Assembly: GCF_044704955.1 (NCBI RefSeq)
Contig: NC_091998.1
Span: 17,050,001-17,114,000, forward strand
DNA: 64,000 bases
Reading direction: 5' to 3'
DNA from: Pristiophorus japonicus
Taxonomy: Eukaryota
Positions within the stretch are counted from its first letter, which is position 1. Each line of letters starts with the position of its first letter. Below the pieces are notes generated by a model, which had not been told where the DNA came from, did not search any database, and saw nothing but the letters and a program-made list of their open reading frames with translations. Shown here in pieces: positions 48,301 to 61,719 of the stretch. The translations under genes and the position numbers were made by a program.

Positions 48301-49273
48301 TATTCTGAGCTGCTGCAAAGCAGATATAGCACAAGGAAATACAGTATTGGTATAGTGGGTGAAGTACTTTGAAGATTCAGTTTGAAGCATTTTAATAGGG
48401 TAGAATTTCACCCCAGGTTTAGGAGCATCAATTTCATGACCGGACACGAAGTCAGAAAATAGAGCTGCTGTCCAGAATCAGTAACTCGCACTGCTAGTCA
48501 TGACACTATCATTTAAGTATGTAATTCTCTTTATTTTTCTTGGCTATCACTGGTTTGCAGTGAGCCAATAGGTCTATTACTGATAACAATTTTCTGATTT
48601 TTTATTGCCTTTTTAAAATGGAAAATACACATGAATTCTGAAAACTATAAGTTACCAGACAATCAGGCAACAAAGTTGTTCCTATCCTTCTGGAATCGGT
48701 TCAAATCCAATCCAGATTGAGATGATGAAACATTTAGCTGCAATTACATAAATGGAACAATTTTAACAGTTTAACCAGTTTCTAATGGGTACTGGTCCAT
48801 ATTGTAAATTTGTCCACAATTCAACACTAATTGCCATTAATGTGCCATTCTTACATAGGCTACAAGGATAGCAAGTGTTGTAAATGGAAAAGCTTATTGA
48901 TATTATTAAGTAGAAAATGAGGCTTTGGTTAAGGAACATTGCTTGGGCATAGTAGCAAGAACTTGACTGCATCTAGCCCATTCTATACCAATCTTCACAC
49001 TCAGTGATCTAAGTAGTTAAGTATTTCACTCTTCTACATGGACATCATTCTGTTTGATGGGGAATAAAATTAGTCCACTCCCCACCACCCCAACATATAT
49101 TAGCTCCATTAACAAAATGCTAAAATATTATATTTTAAACATGGCAGCACCTGCTTCTGAATAGATAAAGATCACTTTATGAGTATACAGAACACTAAAT
49201 TGACTTTTAAGCAAATTACGGTGAAGACCATTATAGCTTATTTATTACATATTAGGCCATCTTGTGATCAAGT

Positions 49274-49632
49274 GTCAGCTCAGCTCCGTTGATGACGCAG
49301 AGATCTGTAAGTCATAAGATTCTGGGTTGAGCCCTACTCCAATACTTGAGTACATAATTTAAGGCTGACACTTCATGCAGTACTGAGAGAGTGTTGCATT
49401 GATGGATATTAAAGTTCTCAATCTCCAAAGAGAGCTCTCTCAGTGTCCTCCCCAACATTATATTCGCCTCTCAACCAATACCACCAAAAACAGATTAACT
49501 GATATTAATTTGGTGTTTGTAGGGCCTTACTGCAAGCAAATTCGCTGCGGCATTTACCTTCATAATAATGACTACACTTCAAAAGGAAATGAGTAATTAA
49601 TTCGTTTTGAACAATTTTTGGACATCCTGCAG
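49274..49632 (+). mobile_element. Degenerate SacSINE1-like SINE
   Basis: tRNA-like head gtcagc..gggttgagccc, body ctgacact..cagtactgagagagtg, tail gactacacttcaaaag. Confidence 0.6.
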
Positions 49633-49653
49633 AAGTGATCAAGTGCTATATAA

Positions 49654-50100
49654 TAGTACTGAAGGAGTGTGACATTTTGAGGTGCCGTTTTTCAACTGAG
49701 ACGCTAAACTAAGGTCCTATTTGTTCCCTTAGATGGACGTAAAAAAAAACCATGGCACGATAAGGAGAGAAGCAGGGGAGTTCTCCCCAGAGTCCTGGAC
49801 AATATTTATCCATCAACCAATATCACTAAAACAGATAATCTGGTCATTATCCCATCATTTTTTGTGGGAGTTTGCTGTGCACAAATTGGCTGCTGCATTT
49901 CCTACATTTGTTCAGCCATGAACTCATTGAATGGCGGTGCAGGCTCGAAGGGCCGAATGGCCTACTCCTGCACCTATTTTCTATGTTTCTATGTTTCTAG
50001 AACAGTGATTACACGTGAGAAATACTCACTTGGCTGTAAAGCACTTTGAGACATCCTGAGGTCATGAAAGATGCTATATAAATGCAAGTTCTTTCTTTCT
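49654..50100 (+). mobile_element. SacSINE1-like SINE carrying a 91-bp CR1 tail insertion
   Basis: Deu-like body. cctacatt|..|aacagtgatt is split by CR1 3' UTR. Tail aaatgcaagttctttctttct. Confidence 0.75.
49909..49999 (+). mobile_element. Extremely 5'-truncated CR1 (3' UTR hairpin and tail only)
   Basis: Nearly identical to 1246-1336. Confidence 0.9.
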
Positions 50101-53100
50101 AAATTGCAAAGTTCTTTTTTTCCCCTATACACCTGGCATTGTCATCGAATTCTATAGCATTTCATTAAATATCTTTCGCCCCCAATTACTATCCTGTCCT
50201 TCTCCTCCAGTTTTGTAATTTACTTCTTCAGGCTGCTTCCAACAATGCTACACTCTGGTCGGTTCAATGAATGGATAGCACCCAAGGAATTTATTCCAAG
50301 GCATCATCCAATGTAGCTCGTGCTGCTTTACTCGAATATGGGCAAAACATACCCTCAAATTCTTCTATGCTCTACCAGGGGTTCAGCTGAAAGCTCATCA
50401 AGATCTAAAACTGAACAAGTGCAGAACTGCAGAGGTATAATCCTCTGTTACAACCATTGTGTACAGCGAAAACCCGGTCACAAAGCCCGGGTGGGATCCT
50501 CGGGTACCTGGTTGCAGCGGCGCTTCCAAGTACTGCCGGGAGAGATGCGCCCACGTGCAACGATGCAGATTGCGTTCGGGTCGGACTTTTCGTCACTCTC
50601 CCAACCCATATGCCGTGCCCAGAATACGACAGGTCAAACCTGTCGGTGCAGTCCTACCAGCAACAGTAAGTATGAAAACCTGCAAAAAACGTAAGTTAAA
50701 GTTTTTATTTTTTAATTCTTTTTCAGCGATTTGCTAGCTAAGGGTTTTTTGAATGTTTTTGCAATTTTTTTTTTTCTCCTCCTCGCTCAAGGCCTCGCTC
50801 GCAGCGCTCCTGGCCCGACACTTTTTAGCACCGCAAATCCTCGTACAATACCCCCCTTACCGAGATATAAAACCCAAAAGTTCAGCCTAATAGTGCAACA
50901 TAAACGTTAATTTTCATGTATTGCTACCATTTTTGCCAAATAAACCCGAAAGCCCAGCCCAAAGTATGGATATTTCATGGAAGAGGTTATTTGGAATAAT
51001 TCAGCGCAAGAAATGTCCATAAAATTACCATTACTAATTTTTAATAATAGTAATTCTGGCTTCTACTTATTTTAACTTAATTTTGTCCTTGATTTGGGCC
51101 TAATTGGGTTATGTGCCCACCTTTCAGCTGGTAGAAATCTGCTCCCCGATTTCCATCAATGCTGCTCGAGTCAGTTTGTGCACAGGAGTGGCTTGCAATC
51201 TGAATTTCCTCCCTTTCTGTGGGAATACACCTGGCATCAATTCAGTGCTGCCTTTTAACAGCATGGTCAAAAATGAGAAATGCATTGTGTGGTGAGGCAC
51301 AAATGAACCTCTTACCTCATTGTGGCACAGCTTGTTGCAACACTTGTCGTCACTGCTGTGACTGTTTTCTTTAAAATGAATAAAAGAATAGAATTATGAT
51401 TATCGTAACAACTGTCAAGTCATTACAATAAATACTAAATTTGTGAACGAGTAAGTACATTTATTGATAACAGGGATATGTACCTTCTTAGAAGCTTATT
51501 CAACTGCCCCATATTTATAATTACCCCACATTCTATTGTTAATTATCCCATGTTTTCCACAAAGGTCCAGAGGAATTCAAATTTAATTTGAAATGGAACT
51601 AAGTTTAATAAGATCCTATGCTTTCCGACAATTAATTCAATACTTTTCATGCTAAAAATGTATTAATATACAAATTAATTATATATGTTTGTTAACATTC
51701 TGTGCAACATCTACAAATTGCTTCTGCAAGCCACGATAGGCTGTCAACCTAGTTGAAGATAATTTGGCCTTTCAGTGATTTGAACCTCACACACAATTGC
51801 ACGACAGCGCAAAGTAGAGTGTCACAATTATTCTTTCATGGTGAACTACCAAATAATGTCATAAGCATACCCATCACAAGCTCTGTGGCCTGGTTTTCCA
51901 TTATTATGCTTTAAATATGTGGTTTGCACCTGAATTCATTTTGTTTTTAAGGAAATATATAATGGTTTATCAAAAATAATTTTACAGTGAATCAAAAGGA
52001 TATGGTTGGACAAACAATCCACTACAAGGTTAAAAATGTATAATAATGAATTTCATATTTGTCGTGTTCATTTTTTTTCAACTGTATTTCACTGCAATAA
52101 CCATAACAGGATCTAAATTGTTATCAGAATGTTAAACATTCACTATACTTCAGACAGACATCCTGCCCAAATAATTCATAGAGAGGAAACTATCAAATTT
52201 TCCACTGTACCATTGCTGTAAGCTGCATTAGTGCAGCTTATGTATTTAGACAATTCGTTGAATAAATTACTTCCATCCTGGCTGCTGTTGCCACTTCTGT
52301 TAAGAGTCATATCTGTTTTAATTGTCTCGATGTCTATACTGAGCTTGTGTTTCTTTGTCTCTTTCCTGCCTCTGCATCATGTATGTATAAAAAAAAGTAC
52401 ATCCAAATAAAATACTGTTTGGCAGTAAGGTAACCAATTATTTACGACAAAGCACACCACCATGATTTACTCTCCTATTTCCTATTATTAAAACACTTCA
52501 TCTTATTGTTTTATTGATTAACAATCCTTCCCACTTTTTGGCATTTTAAACCAATCAAGACACAGAACTGTAAAATGTTCAGACGTTAATCATTAAGAGA
52601 CAGTATTTTATTCCAGGCCAGGGTTTGTATCCTCCACTACGAAACAGTCTGCTACAGTGAATGATTTATGGCCTTGTTGTAATAACGATGAGGAAGACTC
52701 ATTAACATATTGACAGGTCTGAGGATGGATTATCGACATTGATTATTTCATGGCCCACTGATACCCATTTGTAAAAAGAACCAAGAAGATGGTCTCACTT
52801 TACCCGAAATCTTTTACGAGCAGACAGTATTTTAAGTATTAGTAACTTGGGAGTTAGGCTCATTATTCATTGACTGTAACTGCATCCTGCAGCAACAAAC
52901 TAGGGATGTCAGTATTTCAGTTCATTCTTTACCAAAGCTCTAATTTCTCAAGCCCATCATGGTTGTGTCTTCTTAAAAAATTAATGATTGCCAGCATTTA
53001 GCAGGGATTGGTGCTATGAAGATCTATGCAAAAAGCAAGGATCTCTATCGAGTAAATGATATATAGAATTCTCTTTATAATAAAACTTACTGACATTTCA

Positions 53101-53809
53101 ATACTTCTGCAAATAGCATTATAGTATCAGTCTTCTGATTCAAGTTGGAAATTAAGTTGTAAATTAAATGAAAGTGTAGTTTGGAATACAATGTGATGTG
53201 TTGCCCAGGAAAAAAGGTCTTTGTATTAGACTAAATCACTCTAAAATGCTGAAGCTAGGGCTGCCTAGTCCACTAACAGCACTCTGTTACCGACAAGGTC
53301 AAGTTGATGTCAGATCCAGCAAATTTGCACTCTGATAACCACTGAAAACTAACAAGTGACAGACTATTACCACTGAAGTACAGATTTTGTTAATGACTTT
53401 GCTTCTGTACATCCATCTTGCAATGTGAAAACATGTGTGAAAATATACCTTTTGTTTGCAAAGCATGCAGCATTTTCCTATATTTATTTCAGCGCTATGA
53501 TGGATTTTCTTGCTCATTTCTACTGTTACCTCCCTGAGATAATAAAACTATACTGGAGTACTAACTATGTAAAAAGGAAATTTATATTTTAAAATATTAG
53601 ATAATAGGTTTGATCATTACATAGATTGTGTGCTATTTGGGCACGAGACAAGATGATTAATTTTTTTTTAAATTGCATATATAGTTCTCTGGCACACACT
53701 TTGGGCAACTTGTGAGTGATAAGCCCAATGAATACTGGTAGTAGTGAAGGGGAAGAAATGGTTCATTTTATTGTTGATCCCATCACCTTTGTTGCATTCT
53801 AAAGCAAAA

Positions 53810-54257
53810 AGATCGATTTTAAATAGCTCCGTTCATGTCCTCAGGAAACATCAAAGCGGTTGCCAGCCAATTAATTATTTTTTAATTTTAGTCATTATTG
53901 TAATGTAGGGAAACACAGCAGCCATTTTATGCACAGCAAGGTCCCACAAACAGCAATGAAATAAATGAACTAGATATATTTTTTTTATGATGTTGCTTGA
54001 GGGAAAAATATTGACTGGGACATCAGCATAACTCCTCTTCTCTTTGAATAATGCCAAGGGATTTTTTACGTCTACTTGAGAGATTAGATGGAGCCTCAGT
54101 TTAACATTCCATCCAAAATATGATGCATGTAACAGTGGAGCACTCCCTCAGTACTGCATTGGAGTGTCAGTCAAGATAATGTGCCCAAGTGAATGGGGCT
54201 TGAACCCACAACCTTCTGACTCAGAGATGAAAGTGCGACCACAGAGACAAGGCTGAC
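53810..54257 (-). mobile_element. SacSINE1-like SINE, near full length, tRNA-derived head
   Basis: On - reads gtcagccttgtctctgtggtcgcac..gagtcagaaggttgtgGGTTCAAGCCC (Pol III B box), then the Deu-like body. Confidence 0.8.
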
Positions 54258-55446
54258 AGCAAAATAATAAAGCTAGAATAAGTATCCAAGGAACAGATCA
54301 GAATTTCTTCCTACATCTGTTTCAAATATTGTGGATTGGATAAAGTTTAGATATTTTCTGATTAATTACTGTATATTTAACTCTAGTCTCTGATTAAACT
54401 GAGTCCATAGGATCTTTCAGCACCTCTTGTCTGCAGTTTACAATGTCTACCGTGGTTATTTTGACCACAGCAGCACCAACTGCAAATGAAACGTGGCAAA
54501 AAAACGATTCTGAGACCTGTTTGTGAGAATTTCACAGCTAATCACACACAAGACTGATTCACTGCTCACCTCACTCTGTTCACCCATTTTTCATATCATA
54601 CTTTTCAATGCCCCTGTCAGCAGTCTTCTCGAAGGTCAAATGAAGGAAATGATAGCAGAAACCAAAGAAAGTTCTTAAAGATAAATATTTTTTTCCAATA
54701 TTTATAATAGTTAGACATTGTGGAAAACTACAAAAACAGTACATATTGCTAGCAGTGACTAAACTAAGAAATCTATTCATATTTTGCATGCAATTCTACA
54801 GATGCAAAAATGGTACGTGTACTCTGTTAGCACTAACTAAATTGCTATGGGATCAGAGTACTTGAATACTTTAGCAGGCAATTCCTCTCTGTCTTTCATT
54901 CTGTTTGTCTGTGTTAAATTCCCCTCTGCCCTCATCCATTCTCACATCCAGTTCCTGGCTTTGTCCATCCATCAATCCCAGCACTTTGTCAGTGTTGACT
55001 TCATCCTGGCTCTTGCAATCACGTCCAAGCAATCCTACTGCCACTTGGGAGCTTTTCCACTCCCATCTGTGTCTCCCCAATCTGCTGACTGAGGGCTTGA
55101 TGCTTGTCGTTTTCTATTGCACAGACCAGCAAAAACACTAATACTGGACCTGATTTTTCGATGCCACTATTCACCTTGCACAAAGTACACTCACTGAATT
55201 TCGAAAACAATTTTTACACTAGTCAAGCTGCAGCTCAATTTGTCTTCTCTTCTCCCATATATCAATAGAAATCACAGGGAGAAAATGCATCACTAATTAA
55301 GGGTTGATAAGCTCTACGTCAAGTGCAGTTTAGACGGTGAGCATTAAATCCTGCATGGACTTCTGTTTTTTTTTAAATGGAGGCAGCACTTACAGAATGA
55401 TAAAAGAAGGGAGAAAAAAAAGAATGTTCTCCACTGTGAAGCCATT

Positions 55447-55586
55447 NNNNNNNNNNNNNNNNNNNNNNNNNNNNNNNNNNNNNNNNNNNNNNNNNNNNNN
55501 NNNNNNNNNNNNNNNNNNNNNNNNNNNNNNNNNNNNNNNNNNNNNNNNNNNNNNNNNNNNNNNNNNNNNNNNNNNNNNNNNNNNNN
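55447..55586. other. Assembly gap (N)
   Basis: Run of N. Confidence 1.
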
Positions 55587-57377
55587 AAGCATCACCACTG
55601 GTGCCAGATAACAAATGATTGCTATTAACCGTATTGTTAGTAATGATGGCTGAAAACAAACAAAAACCCATAAATAACAATCTCTGGAAAAAATTAACCC
55701 ATAAACTTGATAGATACCCAGCTGAGAAAGAATAAATGACAGTTTGTATCCTGCAGGGAAAAGTGAGAAGCTGCTGTTTGCTTCTCTGTCATTAACACAT
55801 TTCCAAACTAAAAATTACATTCTGATATATAATTATCAACATTCATGGTTGTTAATTCTATTACTCTGTAGTCTTGTGTGATTTCTATTCTTGTGTTACT
55901 TGCAGATGACAGAGAAACCTTCAAACTGTAGCTGCAGACCAAAGCAACAGACAGTTCTGCCAACAACCTCAACCTGCCCAGTCTTTTATTAGGACACAAA
56001 ACAAATTTCTCATATTAATTAACTCATGTCGTAGATCCACACTCCAGCCAGAACAAGTCTTCCTGAAATGTGAGCTATGCGTATTCCCAGCTGCCATACA
56101 GAATTCTGCATTCAAATTCACAGAAGTGAAGTGGTGGTTGCAATGTGCTTCTTTTTCATTATTAGCTACACAGAAAATAAGAAATAAAACCCCAAAGTTA
56201 GCATTGTTCAGGAAAATATTTTAAATTAAGATTTCTTGGTCACAATAGCTAAATACGTTCAAGATAAACTATGAGAGAGCAACTGCAGATCCATGTTAGC
56301 TATAGATTACTACAGAAATAAGACTTGGAAAAAAATCTAGTTAACTTTATATATTTGGCAGAATAATCTTTCAGCAGTATATGGCACCAAGATATTAAAT
56401 AACCATAAAACCAGTGAGAAAAAAAATTACTGAATCACCTTGCAGCCAATTTTTGAGTGTTAAACTGCAAGCCTGCAAAATACTATAGTGTGTTGAAATA
56501 ATGTAAAGGAAACCCATAAATTTAAGCTTTATGTTCTGTGAACAAATATGAAAAAGGCATCAAAATAATGAAAGATTGTTTATGTATTCTGGCATGAAAT
56601 GGGAACATGTTATGAGAAAGCTACGGCAGAGACAAATCGACTGAGCTGACAGGACAGTATTCATCCTGCATGGTACAGCAGACGTCCTGCTTGTGGTGGT
56701 CGACAGAGCAATAAATCAAGGGCTGGCGATGCTGTACCTACAGCTTATTACATCCAAGATGACAAATAAATAATAATCCCTGTCATAGTGGCTCTTTGCT
56801 CAAGGATTGAGCCTGAAACCTTTTGCGCATCACTCCTGATCTTAACTGAAAACACTAGAACAGGGAATTGAAGGCCATGGTTTAGTGAGCTTATGAAACT
56901 TAGAAACTGGGCACCAAACTGAGGCTTGAGGGAAAGGTCACGAAGTACAGTATACTCAGTGCAGAATTACACGACTAACCATAATGAATTCAAAACAAAT
57001 GCATTGAATATTATTCAAGTTTGCAATGGCATTGATAAAGCTCATTTGGTGGGAGTGAAGAAAAACAGAAGCAATTTATATGAAAATATTAATATCTATA
57101 TTGTAATATAGGTATTAAAAACATTTTTATTGCCTCCTTTATATCAACAAAAATGGAATTGAAGGTCAAATAATTTTGCAAAACTTTCTAACTGCAGTGC
57201 TTCCAGATCTAAAAGATGCAGGATTTTGAAAAAAAATACTTGCGAGTATACCACCACCCACATTTGTGACATTTGATTATAAACAATGTTATAATAAAAA
57301 CAAGAGCTCCCTTCACCTTCAGTTTAAAAGACCCTGCTAAATCACAGAAGTGACTTTAAACATGCTGATCCTAAATA

Positions 57378-57509
57378 NNNNNNNNNNNNNNNNNNNNNNN
57401 NNNNNNNNNNNNNNNNNNNNNNNNNNNNNNNNNNNNNNNNNNNNNNNNNNNNNNNNNNNNNNNNNNNNNNNNNNNNNNNNNNNNNNNNNNNNNNNNNNNN
57501 NNNNNNNNN
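57378..57509. other. Assembly gap (N)
   Basis: Run of N. Confidence 1.
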
Positions 57510-60500
57510 AGGTACATAGCTGTAAACATCATGAAGAATGTGACAGGAGGCCTGTGTGCTCCTTTAGGAGTCATATAAACATTAATCACTGAATCACCAA
57601 GCCATGCTTAATTGCAAGTTGTATATCACACAAATCCATGGTAAGAAGGAGGAAACTCATTATTGCTGCTTCATAACTACTGGGTACTTCTCATTTTAAC
57701 CTCTACACACCTGGGACAGTTTGCTGCCTGACAATGGGAATGCAGAGTAGGCAATAAACCTCTAATTATGCCAACGGTGGTAGTCTGCTATTTCTCCATG
57801 AGCCGTTTTAGCATTCTGGGATAGTGCAGGGCTTGCTCATTCTAGCAGGAACTGCCTCTGGTGAGCATGCCTAAAATGAAAAAGGGTATATTTTGTTTCT
57901 TATGAGTTAAAAATTAAAAAGAAACTGTTAAACTTGTTTTCTTCAATGCTTAAAATTTAAGAACTTCAAGAGAACATTATGCTAGATTCTATTGTGATCT
58001 TAGAAGGTTATAGGCAGGATGCTAATGAAAGCAGGTTGATGAATGACTCACTGATGTTTGCCAGACATTCTTCTCTTAGAAGTGCACTAAACTGATGTAG
58101 CTAGAAGAGAATAAGGAGCATTAAGTCATTATATCAATTTTTGTTACCCAGATACTTCAGTTCCAGTTAAGATTTGACAGCCAGTATAAAACAAGGCAAG
58201 GACGTCATATGATCCCATCGATCAAACTCTGCCACAGACAGATTGCCTATTACGCAAATACAATCAGCAGATTCAGTTTGTAGTTTTATGTTCTCTCATT
58301 AAAGGATATCAGGGAATTCCACCATAAATCTGTTAATTGCTATCAGATCAATCCAATAAATTTTGCAAAGTGGTGGCAAAAACTGATTGGCTACGACAAG
58401 GTACACTTACATGGGTTGTCACAATGCTCATCCCATAACTGACTTTTACTAAACCATGATAGGGCAAAGTGCCACAAGCATTTGGATCTGTTGTGGTTCT
58501 TTAGCAACTGACAACCATAAAGCATTGCACAAATAGGAGATGATTTATTTTCTATACTTTATTCAATGGCATGAAATACTCTCAGTTTGCATCTAATTAA
58601 CTCTCGGCTCCAAGCAGTTTGTTTTCTAAATCAGAATTATGGCTGTAAATGCTCTAGATCACAGAAAGTGCTCCCATATGGATACTCCACAAACGATGGC
58701 AGCTATCCGCGAAAAAGGAAAGCATAGCACTGCTATTCAAAATTACGGTAAGCTGCAGTATTTGTACTGCCACCATAATATGTAAAAAGTGCTTTGTTGT
58801 TGAAATAAATGGGAAAATCTTCGACATTCAATACTGTCATGGTTCAGAAAACCCACAACTTCTATTTCTTAATGGATTTTCTGTTGTCTTGCTATATTAC
58901 GATAGATCCACCCTAAGAAAAAATTACTTAACAATGAAAAGATAGACAGACAATCCATTGCTAAAAAAAATGGTTTGTTTCATTAGGTTAAAGTTGTATT
59001 AAAGTTAAATTGCAGCTTGTGTTGCACAGATTTGTTTGAAAGAATTAATTTATTGAATTTGGCTTAAGACTTCACTTTTTATTTAACGTATGCAATTACA
59101 TAATTTAAGAATTGCAAATAATCTGCCAAATAATAAAATAATAATGCTTTCAGTAAGTTTTTCAAATGCTGCCATTTGACTAAAACATAGTTTGCATTTA
59201 CTTATAATGAGAGAGCTGGTCACAAATTTAAAATTGTCAGAATTTCAGCTGTTAATACCTAACAGCTACTGTACATAAAATACCATGTTCCAGAATTTTT
59301 GAAAAAAAACACCTGTGGTACAAAAGATGACAGATTGCTTAGGAATAGTATATGATTGCTAGCTCCTCTTAAACCTTTTAGCTGTAACAATTACATCACG
59401 AATGATGGCCATTACATGTCTCTCTAACTGCTCATTTGAATAAAATAGCAGCCTAACGACAGACAAGTACTTTTAAAACATTAAGTATTTTTCCCTTCTG
59501 AAAATTCCATTTTGTTTGCAATTAAACCCATAAGTGCTCAATCCATGCCGTTGAAATCTAGAAGTCCGATCAAATTTTTAAAACTACAAAATACAATTTA
59601 TACATTTGCTACAGTTGGAATTTTCTAGAGGCCAGCAAGCAAACAGCTTTACCCAAATATTACATATGTGTTTCATGCTACAAGATTTAAAGATCCTCCA
59701 CCAGTGTCACATCAGGTCTCATCACCATCAGAAAAACATAATTCATAAAGTACTGTTACTTCTAGTTGCAATTGTGAAATATTGATTAACATGCAAGATA
59801 TCTCATTTAAAGTCATTTATTAAGGTATTGTGATTCAATACACCAATTTTAATTAAGTCTCACTGCAAGGTTACCTGAACAAGAACTGCAAATTGATTTT
59901 TTGGGGTTTATGAATTCCTGTGTTTTCTCCTTAGTCTGTCATGTCACACAATATCACCAGTCAAGACAACAGGAAGGCAACCGACAGCCAGGTCTGTGCC
60001 AATCCTATTTATCCGCACTGCTAAGTGGCACACAGTAGAGGTCTATGGATCCTGTTCCTCTAATTTCCCTTTTTCTCCATGGAAGGTGTCTGATCTCAAT
60101 TTAGAGATTCCAGCAACAATGTAACTCAGATCAGGAACTCAATGGACTTGAGAACATCATACCCAAGTTCTTTCATTTCCTACAACTAGCTACTGTTGCT
60201 GCACCAGACTTCAAAATAGGAAAATTAAATTCCATAAAAACTTACATCATCAGTTACGATATCTAACTCTTTCACAAGTACAAACCTCCAAGTTTTGAAT
60301 AGACTACATTCCGAGTATTACATCTTTTGAACTGTTGTAATATCTCCATTTTAAAATTTGATGTAATGTTTTACATCCACACAGCACACAAAAGGTGCAG
60401 TTAGCAAAATTAAAACACTACTAGTTAAAGACAAAGCCACATAGATTAGTGCCATAGTAAGATCATCTACATATCCAGAACAGAACAATTGAAAATAAGC

Positions 60501-61074
60501 CCCAAAACTACTGGCCCAGTTTTAAATTACATGATATACAGGACAATTCAGGAATGCATCAGTTCTACATATGGGTTTTTGCAACTCCCATCCATTTTAA
60601 CAAATGTGGGCCTTGAAATGATACCACAGAACACAGACATACAAACACTTAATGGATCTGTATGAAATACCTAACTCCACTGTTAGTGGAGTTATTATCT
60701 TGTTTAAAATAAATGGGTTAACACTTCTGCTAATATAGTGGAAAGAAAAATGTCAAAGAAATGTATTAAGCATTCGTACACAAGTTTAGACTCAAGCCAG
60801 ATAAAGGAAATTAAATGTGTTTGGATAGACTCAATCCAGTTTCCAGTTACAGAAGTCGATGGCACAATGTTGTCCATAATTCATTCCTAAATTGGCACTA
60901 ATGAGACAATCTCATTCAGAGGCTATTAGGATGGATGTTGCAGAAAACAGAAAAATCATAATGGTCCAGTGCAAAGGACTCTTCTGAGATTGAGGACATT
61001 GATGTGGTCTGGCAGGGTGGGGTGGGGACGACAGGAGGAGAGAGTTTTCTATGCTGCAGTCCAAGTTATATCCC

Positions 61075-61680
61075 CCACCACCATCGGTCCCTCGAACAAG
61101 GATGACTTGCTTCCACATGAGTTCACAGATGTTTCAGTGAAGAACCAGATATTGCAATCCTGAAGGCCAATTGAAGGGTGGAAGATGCCTGTGCGTGGAT
61201 TTTTTTAACGTGTGGTGACCATTGCACATCAGCGACCACACGGGCTTGACAGAGCAAGGCCTTTATCCAGTGGCAAGGATTAACCAGGACGATTGGAGAT
61301 CTGCTCTGCTGCATGGACCTAGTGCGCACACATATCGCAGTTTGGGCTCTTGGCTCTTCTGGGCCCCGTACCCTCATTTGCCGCACCGCCGCCACGATCT
61401 CTCGCTACTCCTCCGCCACAAACATTCGTCGCATCTCCACCACAATCTCTCACCATTCCTCCGCTACGATCTCTCACCGTTCCTCCACCATGACCTTCTC
61501 GGTCCAACGCTGTACCTGGGTCCCGCAGATGTTCCTGCTCACGGATAGGTTGGCCCTGGGGCTCCAGCAGCTTTGGCCTCGTCCCAATGGATTGTCAAAT
61601 TGGCCTTGCCCCGCTCTTCCCAGACCCCGCCCATCACCCTCTGGCCCCTCCCTCTCCGAGGCCCCTTCCCCTCATGGGCA
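61075..61680 (-). mobile_element. Non-autonomous RTE-tailed retroposon, copy 2 (5' limit approximate)
   Basis: ggtccctcgaacaaggatgacttgcttccac is the reverse-complement RTE tail. Body homologous to 38420-38740. Confidence 0.8.
61392..61500 (+). repeat. 24-bp degenerate tandem repeat, about 4.5 copies
   Basis: ccacgatctctcgctactcctccg / ccacaaacattcgtcgcatctcca / ccacaatctctcaccattcctccg / ctacgatctctcaccgttcctcca. Confidence 0.8.
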
Positions 61681-61719
61681 CAGTGTCTGACGGTTCGTTT
61701 AGACAAATGCTCAGAGTGT

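Noticed and set aside
54190-54257. tRNA gene
   Set aside because: A B box is present but it is the head of a SINE and runs into the SINE body; no intact cloverleaf.
58658-58747. Plus-strand 90-nt exon-like segment ending at GTAAG
   Set aside because: Weak acceptor, two equally open frames, no recognisable peptide.
61392-61500. Short regular repeats as a CRISPR-like array
   Set aside because: Head-to-tail degenerate 24-mers with no spacers and no cas genes, in vertebrate DNA.
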